From positions 66,274 to 130,273 of the forward strand of contig JANQEE010000017.1 in assembly GCA_028278525.1 (NCBI GenBank): 64,000 nt of DNA. The letters run 5' to 3'. Each line of letters opens with the position of its first letter. Positions within the stretch are counted from its first letter, which is position 1. Positions 47,714 through 57,101 of this stretch are shown here, in pieces. This stretch comes from Minwuiaceae bacterium (lineage in GTDB: Bacteria; Pseudomonadota; Alphaproteobacteria; Minwuiales; Minwuiaceae). The notes under the pieces were generated by a model. It made no database searches, was not told the DNA's origin, and saw nothing but the letters and a program-made list of their open reading frames with translations. The position numbers and the translations under genes were made by a program.

Positions 47714-50035
47714 TCAGGATCGTCCGCCTCCCAGACCCGTACTCGACTCGACGCCGTTGGCCGGCGCACCGGCGCCGCGGCGTTCACCGTGGTCGAACAA
47801 TTCTAACGGCTTTCTGCTGCGCCGTTGTTTTTCGCGTAACGCCTCGGTGGCGCGCTGGTCTACCTCAAGCCGCGACCCGACCAACATCACACCATAATCG
47901 TCTCTCGCCTTCGCGGGCGAGACAAGACGGCGCGCCACGTCGGCCCGCACGCGCTCCACGTCGCGCTTCAGGGGATCGCCCCAGCCGCCGGCCCCGGCGG
48001 TACGAAAGATCACCCGGTCACCCGCCCCCACCCGGATATTATCGGCCTTGGCGGGCAGCGCTTCGCGCTCGCCGCCCTCGCGTTGCAGCCACTTCTGAGA
48101 GCAGGCGCCGGCCTTTCCGCCAAGAATGCCCCAGGGTGCGCTGGCATGGCGGTCATCGCTAATCGAAATCACGCCGGGTTCAAGCAGCAGATAGATCTTC
48201 TCGAAGGCGTTGCCACCGCGATGGGTGCCGGCACCGCCGGAATCGGCAATGCTTTCACAACTTTCGATGATAATGGGATAACGGCTTTCGAGATGCTCCA
48301 GCGAGGCGCTCGCGTGATGCGGCGACGCGAAATACCCGTCGGGGCCGTCCCCGTCCGGCCGGCCCGGCAGGCCGCCGGCGACGATATCGGTCAAATGAAA
48401 GGCTCGCCCGGACTTCCGGCGGCCGGCATATTGGAATGTCGGGTGGGCCCCATAGCCGGCGGCCGGCGCTTTGTCGGGCGCATGACGCCCAAGCGCACCG
48501 CCTAACACGTCGAACTGACGCGCCCGGGAATGGCTGCCTCCGCCCAATGCCGCCGGAAAATCCGGTTGGAGCAGCGAACCTTTCGGCAGATTGACGTGAA
48601 TGAGGTCGTGGAAGCCGTCGTTGGCCTGGATAGCCGGATCGAAAGCGGCGAACAAGTAAGCGCCGACGGACAACCGGAACAATCCGTCATGCAGATAGAA
48701 ATTTATCGGGCCGGGCGCCTGAGGCGCCGTCCCTGTCCAGTCGAAGTAGGCATTGTCGCCTTCGCGCCAGACCGTGAGCCGCATGCGGAAGGGCCCATTG
48801 CCAAGGCCATCGTCGTCGACCACGTCCTCGAACGTCTGCGGCTCTTCGGGCAGAGTCTGCGCGATCAACCGCCGCATCACATGGTTGGCACGCTCTAGCA
48901 GGCCGTCGCACGCCCCGCGGTAGCCATCGACGCCGAAGCGGGCGCAGAGCTCGACGACGCCCCGGGCGCCCGCCCGGCAGGCAGCGATCAACGCCGCCAG
49001 GTCGTGGTCGTTCATGTCAGCGTTGCGCGAATTGCCCCGCAGGATGTCGAGCGCTGCCTGGTTGGGCTGGCCGCGATCGTGAATCTTCACCGGCGGGATG
49101 CGCATCCCCTCGCCGAACACCGACGTCGCCGCCACCGGCCGGCTGCCGGCAACGGGACCACCGACATCCGCCATGTGGCCGTACATCGACGTGAAACCGA
49201 CGAGCGCGTCATCGAAAAATACCGGAACCAGAACCGTCCAGTCATTGATGTGGCTGACCGCTCCGCCGCAGCCATACGGATCGCTTTGCAGGATAACGTC
49301 GCCCGGATGCAGGTCGAAGTCGTTCGCCTTTAGCATCTCAGCGACATAGGAGCCGAACTGTCCGGCGATCATTCGTCCGCGCGGATCGGTGATGATCGCA
49401 CCGGCGTCACGCTGTCCGCTGATCGACGGCGATGCCGCCGACTGCAACAGAACCGCTTCCATCTCCCGCTGCACGTCGCGCAGCGCGCCTTCGACCACGT
49501 CGAGGGTGATACCGTCGACCGCCACGGGGACGCCCGCCGTCGGCAGGAATGCCCCGCCCTCGCCCGCGGGCGGCGCCTTCTGCCGCTGCCCATCGCCGGC
49601 CGCCGGCGCCGGCTCGATCTGAGCGACCGGCCGCACGTCGTCGCCGAACATCCCGATGCAGCGGCCCAGGGCGTCATCTACCGCCTCGCTCATTGCCTCG
49701 CCCTGGCTGCGGCCGATCCGGGCGCTGCCGAACTGCTCCTTGACGATGCCGTCGACGGTGAGCCGGCACAGCACGGTGACGACGCCGCGCTCCACCTTGT
49801 GTTCGACGATCTGCGACGACCAGCCGCCGCCAAACCGGGCAAGCAGCATATCCGTGGCGCCACCGCGAGCGCGTGTCGGCGTGGAGAGTGTGGTTGCGGA
49901 CGGCTGCTCAGCGGTTTGGGCTGCTGTCGCCGCACCGCCCATCTGTGCCGAAAACACACGCTCGAACTGCTCGCGATTTGCCTTCAGCAAATCGTCAAGC
50001 GAGGTCCGGCTGCTATGTGGTGTCATCTCGGGCAT
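47714..50035 (-). CDS. Hydantoinase B/oxoprolinase (HyuB) family protein with a roughly 150-aa N-terminal extra domain
   Basis: The HyuB core is recognisable (DPYGCGGAVSHINDWTVLVPVFFD...). The N-terminal extension is homologous to the freestanding ORF at 56308-56781. Confidence 0.85.
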   Translation of the reverse strand: MPEMTPHSSRTSLDDLLKANREQFERVFSAQMGGAATAAQTAEQPSATTLSTPTRARGGATDMLLARFGGGWSSQIVEHKVERGVVTVLCRLTVDGIVKEQFGSARIGRSQGEAMSEAVDDALGRCIGMFGDDVRPVAQIEPAPAAGDGQRQKAPPAGEGGAFLPTAGVPVAVDGITLDVVEGALRDVQREMEAVLLQSAASPSISGQRDAGAIITDPRGRMIAGQFGSYVAEMLKANDFDLHPGDVILQSDPYGCGGAVSHINDWTVLVPVFFDDALVGFTSMYGHMADVGGPVAGSRPVAATSVFGEGMRIPPVKIHDRGQPNQAALDILRGNSRNADMNDHDLAALIAACRAGARGVVELCARFGVDGYRGACDGLLERANHVMRRLIAQTLPEEPQTFEDVVDDDGLGNGPFRMRLTVWREGDNAYFDWTGTAPQAPGPINFYLHDGLFRLSVGAYLFAAFDPAIQANDGFHDLIHVNLPKGSLLQPDFPAALGGGSHSRARQFDVLGGALGRHAPDKAPAAGYGAHPTFQYAGRRKSGRAFHLTDIVAGGLPGRPDGDGPDGYFASPHHASASLEHLESRYPIIIESCESIADSGGAGTHRGGNAFEKIYLLLEPGVISISDDRHASAPWGILGGKAGACSQKWLQREGGEREALPAKADNIRVGAGDRVIFRTAGAGGWGDPLKRDVERVRADVARRLVSPAKARDDYGVMLVGSRLEVDQRATEALREKQRRSRKPLELFDHGERRGAGAPANGVESSTGLGGGRS

Positions 50036-50046
50036 GGCTACACAGA

Positions 50047-52092
50047 CTAGGCTAACGCGCCTTCCGGCGAGATCAGGATGTTGAGATGTGGGTCGACGCG
50101 GGCGCTATGGCCCGGGTGTACGACGGTTGTGGTATCCGCCTGTATGACAATGGCCGGGCCGCGCAATACGTGACCGGGCCGCAGCAAAGCGCGGTCGTAG
50201 ACTTTGGTGTTGACCGGCTGACCGTCGAAATGGACATGTCGTTCCTCGATTACCGCCGCCGCCTGGTCTTCAACACCGTCGTCGGGACGGCGCATTACGG
50301 TCGCGCCCGTGGCCGCACTGCCAATAGCACGAAGATTGACAAGCTCAACCGGCTGGTCGGGGCGGAACCCGAACTGGCGCTCGTGCCGAGCGGCGAACCG
50401 TTCGGCCATGTCGCGCACACCGCTTCCACTAAGGGTGTCCAGGCTGAGCGATAACGACAGCTCGCGCTCCTGTCCGAAAAAGCGCAAATCGGCTTCGAAC
50501 GTCAGCCGCTGCCGGTCATTATCTATACCCTCTGCGGCCAGCCCATCGCGGGCATAGCGCCCAAGTTTCGTCAGGATTTCGCCAACCCGCCCGTCGCTCA
50601 GCTCGGCCAGTTCGCGCATCACCGCCTGCACGAACTCGTTGCGCGTATCCGCCTGCATGTAACCCTGGGCCGCTAACACTCCGGCGTTCGGCGGTACGAC
50701 AACCGGGAAGCTGCCGACCAGTGCCGCCAGGGCGTTGGCATGCAGCGGACCGGCGCCACCGAACGCGATCAACGCCGCGTTGTTCGGCGCGATTGCGCCG
50801 CGCGCCGCGATCCGCCGCAACGAGCCGGCAATGCGTTCGTTGGCGACATCGACGATACCCTGTGCCGCGCGATGCGGCTCAACCTCGAGCTCCCGGGCGA
50901 CACGTCCGACCGCTTCTTCGGCGGCGCGGATATCCAGCGTCATGCCGCCGCCAAGCAACGTCGCAGGCAGCCGGCCCAGCAAAAGATTTGCGTCGGTGAC
51001 GGTCGCCCGGTTTCCGCCGCGGCCGTAGCATGCCGGTCCAGGCACGGCGCCGGCGCGCCCAGGGCCGACGCGCAACGCACCGGTCATCGGCACATGGGCA
51101 AGCGAATCGCCGCCGGCGTCGACACTGCGCACATCCATTGCCGCCACACGCAGCGGATAGCCGTCGACCACGGCCTGCCTGCCGATAGGCGCCTCGCCAT
51201 CCCGGATCAGCGACAGAACGGTCGACGTGCCGCCCATGTCGACAGCGAACGTGTCCGACAGGCCGGCCTGGCGGGCGATTTGCGCCGCCGCGGCGACACC
51301 ACCGGCCGACCCTGACGCCATGGCCGTCGTTGCCACTTCCGCGATCTGATCCGCGTTGGTCGCACCGCCATCGGCACGCATGACGCTGATCTGCGCATTG
51401 CCGCCGAGTTCCCCCAGCCGCCGACCGAAGTCGGCCAGATGACGGCCGATGCCCGGACCGACATAGGCGTTCAGCGCGGTCACCAGCGTGCGCTCATACT
51501 CGCCGCACTCGCGGCGGGTTTCCGATGACAAGTATACCGGCATGTCCTCGTCGATCTCGCGTACGATGTCGCGCAGCAGCCGCTCGTGCGCCGCATTGGC
51601 ATAGGCATGCAGCAGCGAGACCGCAATGGCGTCAACGCCGAGCTCGACCAACTCCTGCACCACGCCGCGCGCTGCCGCTTCGTCGAGCGGCGCAACCACC
51701 TCGCCACGCGCGTTCATGCGTTCCGGCACGCCTCTTGTGAACTCGAGATCGACCAGTGGTGTAGGCTTGGCCATGGGCTGCGACGACCGCATCTCGCCTC
51801 GCGCCAGATGCAGCACTTGTTCGAAATTCCTGGTAACCAGCAAACCAACCCTGGCGCCCCTGCGTTCGAGGAGAATATCGGCGGGTGCCGTGGTGCCGTA
51901 GCGCACGCTGGCGATATCGCCGGGCGCGATTCCTGCTTCGGCGATCAGACGCTCGATCCCCATCAGCACTGCCGCTGCCTGGTCATCCGGTGTGGTGGGG
52001 GTCTTGAGCAGCCGGACGGCGCCGTCCTGCTCGTTGAAAAGGAGCAGGTCCGTGAACGTACGTCCGACCTCGATGCCAAGCCGGCAACTCAT
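50047..52092 (-). CDS. Hydantoinase/oxoprolinase A (HyuA) family protein
   Basis: The gene is 681 aa and lies 12 bp upstream of the HyuB gene on the same strand. Confidence 0.85.
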   Translation of the reverse strand: MSCRLGIEVGRTFTDLLLFNEQDGAVRLLKTPTTPDDQAAAVLMGIERLIAEAGIAPGDIASVRYGTTAPADILLERRGARVGLLVTRNFEQVLHLARGEMRSSQPMAKPTPLVDLEFTRGVPERMNARGEVVAPLDEAAARGVVQELVELGVDAIAVSLLHAYANAAHERLLRDIVREIDEDMPVYLSSETRRECGEYERTLVTALNAYVGPGIGRHLADFGRRLGELGGNAQISVMRADGGATNADQIAEVATTAMASGSAGGVAAAAQIARQAGLSDTFAVDMGGTSTVLSLIRDGEAPIGRQAVVDGYPLRVAAMDVRSVDAGGDSLAHVPMTGALRVGPGRAGAVPGPACYGRGGNRATVTDANLLLGRLPATLLGGGMTLDIRAAEEAVGRVARELEVEPHRAAQGIVDVANERIAGSLRRIAARGAIAPNNAALIAFGGAGPLHANALAALVGSFPVVVPPNAGVLAAQGYMQADTRNEFVQAVMRELAELSDGRVGEILTKLGRYARDGLAAEGIDNDRQRLTFEADLRFFGQERELSLSLSLDTLSGSGVRDMAERFAARHERQFGFRPDQPVELVNLRAIGSAATGATVMRRPDDGVEDQAAAVIEERHVHFDGQPVNTKVYDRALLRPGHVLRGPAIVIQADTTTVVHPGHSARVDPHLNILISPEGALA

Positions 52093-52389
52093 CGCGCGTC
52101 CCCCAATTACCGGCTTGTGCCGACGACGCTACGAACTCAGGCCACGCCGCCCCGGAACCTGTCATGAGATGACGTCCGTATCGGCCTGCGCACGCACCCG
52201 TCTTCAGGTGCTCAAACCGTATTTTCTCCTTGCATGATCAACGAGCCTGCGCACGCGGTCAACTAAGCGCTGTCGCCGATGGGCCGAATTTCGGCCAGCC
52301 GGCGCTTGTTATGCATCAACAATTTTGCAGTCACCGCCGATTGGGCTACGATCCGATGCATTCCGAGGCGGGCAGAAACGGCACGTGAG

Positions 52390-52917
52390 ATGGCAGGCGA
52401 CAGTTTGAACGACAGGCGAACCAAGTTCTGGATCGGCGTGATTGCGATCATCATCCTGTTGCTGTTTCTATATTTCTATCAGCCGTTCGAGACCTACCTG
52501 ACGGCGCACATCCCGCACATCCATTTCTCCAATGTGGTGTTCTGGTTCGCATCCCTGGTCGGCGTTGTCGGCTATGTGATTGCCCAATGGCAGTCGTTCA
52601 AGACACAGATCTTCCGTTCCGGCGGCGAACTCCGCGTCGACAACCTGCTGTTCGACACGCTGCAGGCCTCGATCTTGATCGCGGTCATTTTCGCCGCCGG
52701 CGCGACATTGCAGGCCGTCGTGATGCTGGGCGAGCACCTGGTGAACCGCGGACCGATCATCGACCCGTCATTCGGCGGAAAACTGCTGGCGATCGTCCTC
52801 CTACTGATCCTGGCGTTGTTGTTCTGCCTGCTGCATTACGTCGTGCGGGCCTTTCGCGACGGCTGGACCAGTCGTCGCACGCACCCGGCGTCTGCACGTC
52901 CGTCCGGCGCCGACTAG
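52390..52917 (+). CDS. Small 4-TM membrane protein (LFLYFYQPFE family, paralog B)
   Basis: It shares the LFLYFYQPFE, ATLQAVVMLGEHL and HYVVRAFR blocks with the 38243 ORF. The start was trimmed to MAGDSLN. Confidence 0.55.
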   Translation: MAGDSLNDRRTKFWIGVIAIIILLLFLYFYQPFETYLTAHIPHIHFSNVVFWFASLVGVVGYVIAQWQSFKTQIFRSGGELRVDNLLFDTLQASILIAVIFAAGATLQAVVMLGEHLVNRGPIIDPSFGGKLLAIVLLLILALLFCLLHYVVRAFRDGWTSRRTHPASARPSGAD

Positions 52918-53984
52918 CGGTCTCCGACGTCAACCGGTACACGACCCGACAGCCTCGCCTGGACGTCCGGATTGGCGAGGGCGTTGAACACATCGAGCGA
53001 CGCGCGGATCTTCGCTTCGTCGAGCCCACGGACAATGAAAATCAGCCGCGAGCGCCGGTCGTCATCGGGCCATACGTCAAGATGGCTCGGCGGATGCACG
53101 ATGTGCTGCACGCCATTGATGAGCACTGGCGTCGCCACATCGACAACGTTCAGCAGGCCTTTGACCCGCAGGATGTTCTCGCCATGCCTGTTCAGCAGCA
53201 TGGTCAGCCAGATGCCGAACGCGGTCCAGTCAAGCGGCCGGTCGACGCGAACCGTGAAAGAATGGACGTCGCTGCCGTGCTCGTGCCCTAGCGGACCGTC
53301 CGCGTCCGGACCCGAGGCCCGGAGCCAGTTGTCGATTTCACGCGCCTTGCCCTCATGCCGGTAGATGTCGTCGAGCAGCAGCCCATCGTCAGGCGCCGCG
53401 CCCGGCGCCAGTTGCAGGATCGGCGCCGAACCGTTCAGCCGGCGCAGCCGTGCGCAGAGCGACGACACTTCCTGCGCGTCTGCCATATCGACCTTGGTCA
53501 GGATCAATCGGTCGGCTACGGCGATCTGCTTCACCGATTCCGGGTAATTGTCGAGAGTGTGCCCGGCGGATACGGCATCGACGGTGGCGACAATGTTGCC
53601 AAGGCGGAAGTGATGCTGGATTACCGGATCGGCCAGGAGGGTGTAGGCGATCGGCACCGGGTCCGCGAGACCCGAGGTCTCGATGACGACCCGACTGAAA
53701 TAAGGGATCGTGCCGCGGCTGCGCTGCGACAGCAAATCGCGCAGCGCTTCCTGCAGATCGCCGCGCACGGCGCAGCACAGACAGCCGTTATCGAGCAGCA
53801 GGGTGGTTTCGCTGACGTGCTGGAGCAACTGGTGGTCGAGCCCAACCTCGCCGAATTCGTTGATCAGCACCGCCGTATCCCGCAGGCGCGGCGACCGCAG
53901 CAGCCCCTGCAGCAGGGTGGTCTTGCCGCTGCCGAGAAAACCGGTGACGACGTTGAGACCGGTCAGGCTGGCATAGTCCGCCAC
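52914..53984 (-). CDS. CobW/COG0523-family G3E GTPase (metallochaperone-like)
   Basis: It has the P-loop GFLGSGKTTLL and a C-terminal CobW_C domain. Confidence 0.8.
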   Translation of the reverse strand: MADYASLTGLNVVTGFLGSGKTTLLQGLLRSPRLRDTAVLINEFGEVGLDHQLLQHVSETTLLLDNGCLCCAVRGDLQEALRDLLSQRSRGTIPYFSRVVIETSGLADPVPIAYTLLADPVIQHHFRLGNIVATVDAVSAGHTLDNYPESVKQIAVADRLILTKVDMADAQEVSSLCARLRRLNGSAPILQLAPGAAPDDGLLLDDIYRHEGKAREIDNWLRASGPDADGPLGHEHGSDVHSFTVRVDRPLDWTAFGIWLTMLLNRHGENILRVKGLLNVVDVATPVLINGVQHIVHPPSHLDVWPDDDRRSRLIFIVRGLDEAKIRASLDVFNALANPDVQARLSGRVPVDVGDR

Positions 53985-53988
53985 GCGC

Positions 53989-54318
53989 TTAGTTTCCCCG
54001 CTGCGAGAGTGTCGCCAACAGGGCCGGATCGAGCGGGTCGCAGTCGCGCCGGCTCAGCCGCTCAGCCTCGGCCCACAGTTCGCCGAGATTGTTGATGATG
54101 GCTGTCTGCCCGGTCCGGCCGCGCAGGATGTAGGCGTTGCCCGACCAATCCTTCAGCGACAACCCGTAGGGCCGCAGCACGGCGTTGAGTAGGCGCGTGC
54201 GGGTCTGACGCTCGCGATGCCACGTGTGACGCTGCTGCCGGCTACTGAACGCCGCCGGGCTGGCGGCGCTGTCCGTCCAGTGATCGCGCCCGCCAATGAT
54301 GCCGCAAAGGCTGCACAT
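53989..54318 (-). CDS. Hypothetical small protein upstream of the CobW-like gene
   Basis: The 109-aa ORF is on the same strand and lies 5 bp upstream of the GTPase gene. No homology was recognised. Confidence 0.3.
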   Translation of the reverse strand: MCSLCGIIGGRDHWTDSAASPAAFSSRQQRHTWHRERQTRTRLLNAVLRPYGLSLKDWSGNAYILRGRTGQTAIINNLGELWAEAERLSRRDCDPLDPALLATLSQRGN

Positions 54319-54327
54319 ATGCTGGTG

Positions 54328-55404
54328 TCACTCAGCCTGCGCCTCGGCACCGGCCTCAACGCGCGGATAGCGGCGGGCAAAGTCGTCGGCGATGGCGTCG
54401 AATGTCGTGAACGTAACGCCGGCGTGGCTGTCGATGTATTCGAACAGCCGCTCCAGCATAAGCAACACCTGCGGACGGCCCGACACGTCGGGATGGATGG
54501 TCATGGTGAACACCGCGTAGTCGTACTCGCGGTACACCCAATCGAACTGGTCACGCCACAGTTCTTCGATATCGCGCGGATTGACGAAGCCGAAGCTGTT
54601 CGGCGCCGCCTTGATGAACATCATCGGCGGCAGGTCGTCGAGGTACCAACTGCCGGGTATGTCGATCAGGTCGGTTTCCTCGCCGCGCACCAGCGGCACC
54701 ATCCATTCGTCCGGGTGCTTGGAATAGTCGATCGGCGTCCAGCTATCGCCGACCCGGACGTAAAATGGATGAAAGTCGTTGTTCATCAGGCTGTGGTCGT
54801 ACTTGATGCCCTTGGCCAGCAGCAACTCGTTGGTCACCGGGCTGAACTCCCACCAGGGCGCGACGTAACCGGTCGGACGGCGGCCGCTGAGGCGCTCGAT
54901 CAGGTCGATGCACTTGTCCATCACCCGCTCTTCCTGCTCGGGCGTCATGGCGATGGGGTTTTCATGGCTATAGCCGTGCATGCCGATCTCATGGCCGGCA
55001 TCGACGACCATGCGGCACTGCTCGGGAAAGGTCTCGATCGAATGGCCGGGAATGAACCAACTGGTCGGAATTTTCATGCGGTCGAACAGGCGCACCAGTC
55101 GCGGTACGCCGACTTCCCCCGCAAACAGGCCGCGCGAAATATCGCAAGGCGAATCCTCGCCACCGTAGGAGCCGAGCCAGCCTGCCACGGCGTCGACGTC
55201 GACACCGAATGCGCAAAAGATTTCCTTCTTGCCGCCTGCCCTCGAGACATGCCGGCTGCCAATGGCCGAACTGCCTGAGCTACCCGACGGCGTGACCAGT
55301 GAGCGCGGCTGATAGCGCGGGCCGGTCGGTCCGTGTCGGTCCTGTGCGCCATAGCCGGCGCGTCCCGAATATACCGAACCCGGACGTCCGGAGTTCTCGT
55401 TCAT
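54328..55404 (-). CDS. Polysaccharide deacetylase-family protein (PuuE allantoinase-like cyclic-ureide hydrolase)
   Basis: It has NodB-type motifs (FGVDVD..., HGYSHE). The start was trimmed to MNENSGR. The N-terminus is Ser/Gly-rich. Confidence 0.7.
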   Translation of the reverse strand: MNENSGRPGSVYSGRAGYGAQDRHGPTGPRYQPRSLVTPSGSSGSSAIGSRHVSRAGGKKEIFCAFGVDVDAVAGWLGSYGGEDSPCDISRGLFAGEVGVPRLVRLFDRMKIPTSWFIPGHSIETFPEQCRMVVDAGHEIGMHGYSHENPIAMTPEQEERVMDKCIDLIERLSGRRPTGYVAPWWEFSPVTNELLLAKGIKYDHSLMNNDFHPFYVRVGDSWTPIDYSKHPDEWMVPLVRGEETDLIDIPGSWYLDDLPPMMFIKAAPNSFGFVNPRDIEELWRDQFDWVYREYDYAVFTMTIHPDVSGRPQVLLMLERLFEYIDSHAGVTFTTFDAIADDFARRYPRVEAGAEAQAE

Positions 55405-55552
55405 GTCGTCGCTCCAACGCGTGGAAAACCGGTAGACCGGAAGCCTTCCATGTCGGCCGCGCAACGGCAAGAGGAAGATCGCACATTAACGCCAGCCAAA
55501 GGCCGGGCTGGCGCGTTCGTGAATCCTGCTGCATCATCTGCTCTGTTGCAGG

Positions 55553-56296
55553 GTGCGGCCAACATTTGGCAAGGAGGTTGCGATGGCGGAGTGGGAACGC
55601 GAAACGCGCCACGACTACGAGAGCAAGGGTTTCGCCCAGCGCTCCGGTTACGGCGACAAACCGGCATTGTTGGTCGTCGACTTCATCAACGGGTTCACCG
55701 ATCCGACGACACCGTTGGGCGGCGACTTCTCGTCCGAAGTGGCGGTGACCGCCGACCTGCTGCGGGTGTTCCGCGCCGCTGCGCTGCCGGTCGTCTTTAC
55801 CACCGTGGTTTACGAGCGCGACCTGAGCGATGGCGGCGTCTTCATCAAGAAGGTTCCTTCGCTCGCAATCCTGACCCGCGGTTCGCCGATGGTCGATGTC
55901 GACGAGCGCATCCGCCCGCAGCCCGGCGAATATGTGGCGGAAAAAAAGTTCGCCAGTTCTTTCTTCGGCACGGACCTCGACACCTATCTGAAGGCGCGCG
56001 GTGTCGATACGCTGGTCATCACCGGCTGTACGACAAGCGGCTGCGTCCGCGCCTCCGCCGTGGACTCGCTGCAGTACGGATACATCACCCTGGTGGTTCG
56101 CGACGGCGTCGGCGACCGGGCGCAGGGACCGCACGACGCCAACCTGTTCGATATCGATGCCAAATACGGCGACGTCGTGCCGTCGAGCGACGTGCACGCC
56201 TATCTGAAGTCGATCACGTCGGGCGGCGGTTTCGCGGAACGCGCGCAGGCCGAGTTCGGCGCATGGTGGAACGAGAGCCGGCGTTCAGGCGGTTGA
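55553..56296 (+). CDS. Isochorismatase-family cysteine hydrolase (N-carbamoylsarcosine amidase-like)
   Basis: The catalytic-Cys block ITGCTTSGCVRAS is present. It is the third paralog of this family in the window. Confidence 0.85.
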   Translation: MRPTFGKEVAMAEWERETRHDYESKGFAQRSGYGDKPALLVVDFINGFTDPTTPLGGDFSSEVAVTADLLRVFRAAALPVVFTTVVYERDLSDGGVFIKKVPSLAILTRGSPMVDVDERIRPQPGEYVAEKKFASSFFGTDLDTYLKARGVDTLVITGCTTSGCVRASAVDSLQYGYITLVVRDGVGDRAQGPHDANLFDIDAKYGDVVPSSDVHAYLKSITSGGGFAERAQAEFGAWWNESRRSGG

Positions 56297-56307
56297 ACGG
56301 GGGCGGC

Positions 56308-56781
56308 ATGAGCAACGGACGGGAGACAGGGCTGACGTCGGCATTCGACGAACTCCTGGCGCGCAACCGTCAGCAGTTCGACGGCCTGTTCGGCGGCGCC
56401 GGGTCGCAGCCCCGACGAGCAAAAAGCATAACTCGGCCTGCAGCGACCGATCCCACATTCATCGTACTCGATGCCTTGACCTCACCGACGGCGCGCGCCC
56501 TGGACACTCGGTTCGAAGACGGCTGGCACTATGAGATCCTCGAACAGCGGGACGCCGGAGATGAGGTGGTCGTAACATGTCGCCTGGCCGTTCCCGAGCT
56601 CGGGACAACGGTAATCGGACACGGACGGGCCTCGCGCGGTGCAGGTGACCGGGTCGAAGGCCGCCTTGGGGATATCCCGTTTAGTGCCGGCGCGGCGACG
56701 GACAATACCACTCCGCGGTCCGCGTTGCAGGCGGCGGCGGAGATGGCGCTCGCCGACTGCCGCGCGCAGATCGACGCGTGA
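56308..56781 (+). CDS. Small protein of unknown function homologous to the N-terminal extension of the HyuB at 47714-50035
   Basis: FDELLARNRQQFDGLF...VVVTCRLAVPELGTTVIGHGRASRG aligns with LDDLLKANREQFERVF...VVTVLCRLTVDGIVKEQFGSARIGRSQG. The ATG lies 12 nt after the isochorismatase stop. Confidence 0.55.
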   Translation: MSNGRETGLTSAFDELLARNRQQFDGLFGGAGSQPRRAKSITRPAATDPTFIVLDALTSPTARALDTRFEDGWHYEILEQRDAGDEVVVTCRLAVPELGTTVIGHGRASRGAGDRVEGRLGDIPFSAGAATDNTTPRSALQAAAEMALADCRAQIDA

Positions 56782-56791
56782 ATATGACCTC

Positions 56792-57028
56792 CTACGACAC
56801 CGCCTTGTCGCCTTGGCCGAACTGGTAGGACATGTCGTCCTTGTGCACATATTCACCGCACCAGTCGGTCGGCAAGGTGATCGGCCAGGCGCCAATCCCG
56901 TTCTCGCGCCGTTCCGGCGGCATCCGCCGGCAATAACCCAGCGCTTTCGCGTCGTCGCGGCTACTGGCTTCCTCCGTGGTCTGGAAATGCCACCAGCGAC
57001 AGTCGGCGCAGGTCAGTCGTGCGGTCAT
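56792..57028 (-). CDS. Small Cys-containing protein downstream of hyuB (possible zinc-ribbon accessory subunit)
   Basis: MTARLTCADCRWWHF...C...C is about 78 aa. It ends 74 bp downstream of the HyuB gene on the same strand. Confidence 0.35.
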   Translation of the reverse strand: MTARLTCADCRWWHFQTTEEASSRDDAKALGYCRRMPPERRENGIGAWPITLPTDWCGEYVHKDDMSYQFGQGDKAVS

Positions 57029-57101
57029 CCTCTGTATCTCCCGTCCTGGACTGGCCGGCTTATACGACCGATGGCGATTGACAGCCGCAAGCCGGGCCGG
57101 T

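Noticed and set aside
55333-56307. The upstream part of the 482-aa ORF 55333..56781.
   Set aside because: The real gene is only the terminal roughly 157 codons (56308..56781). The rest is antisense or alternate-frame to the deacetylase and isochorismatase genes.
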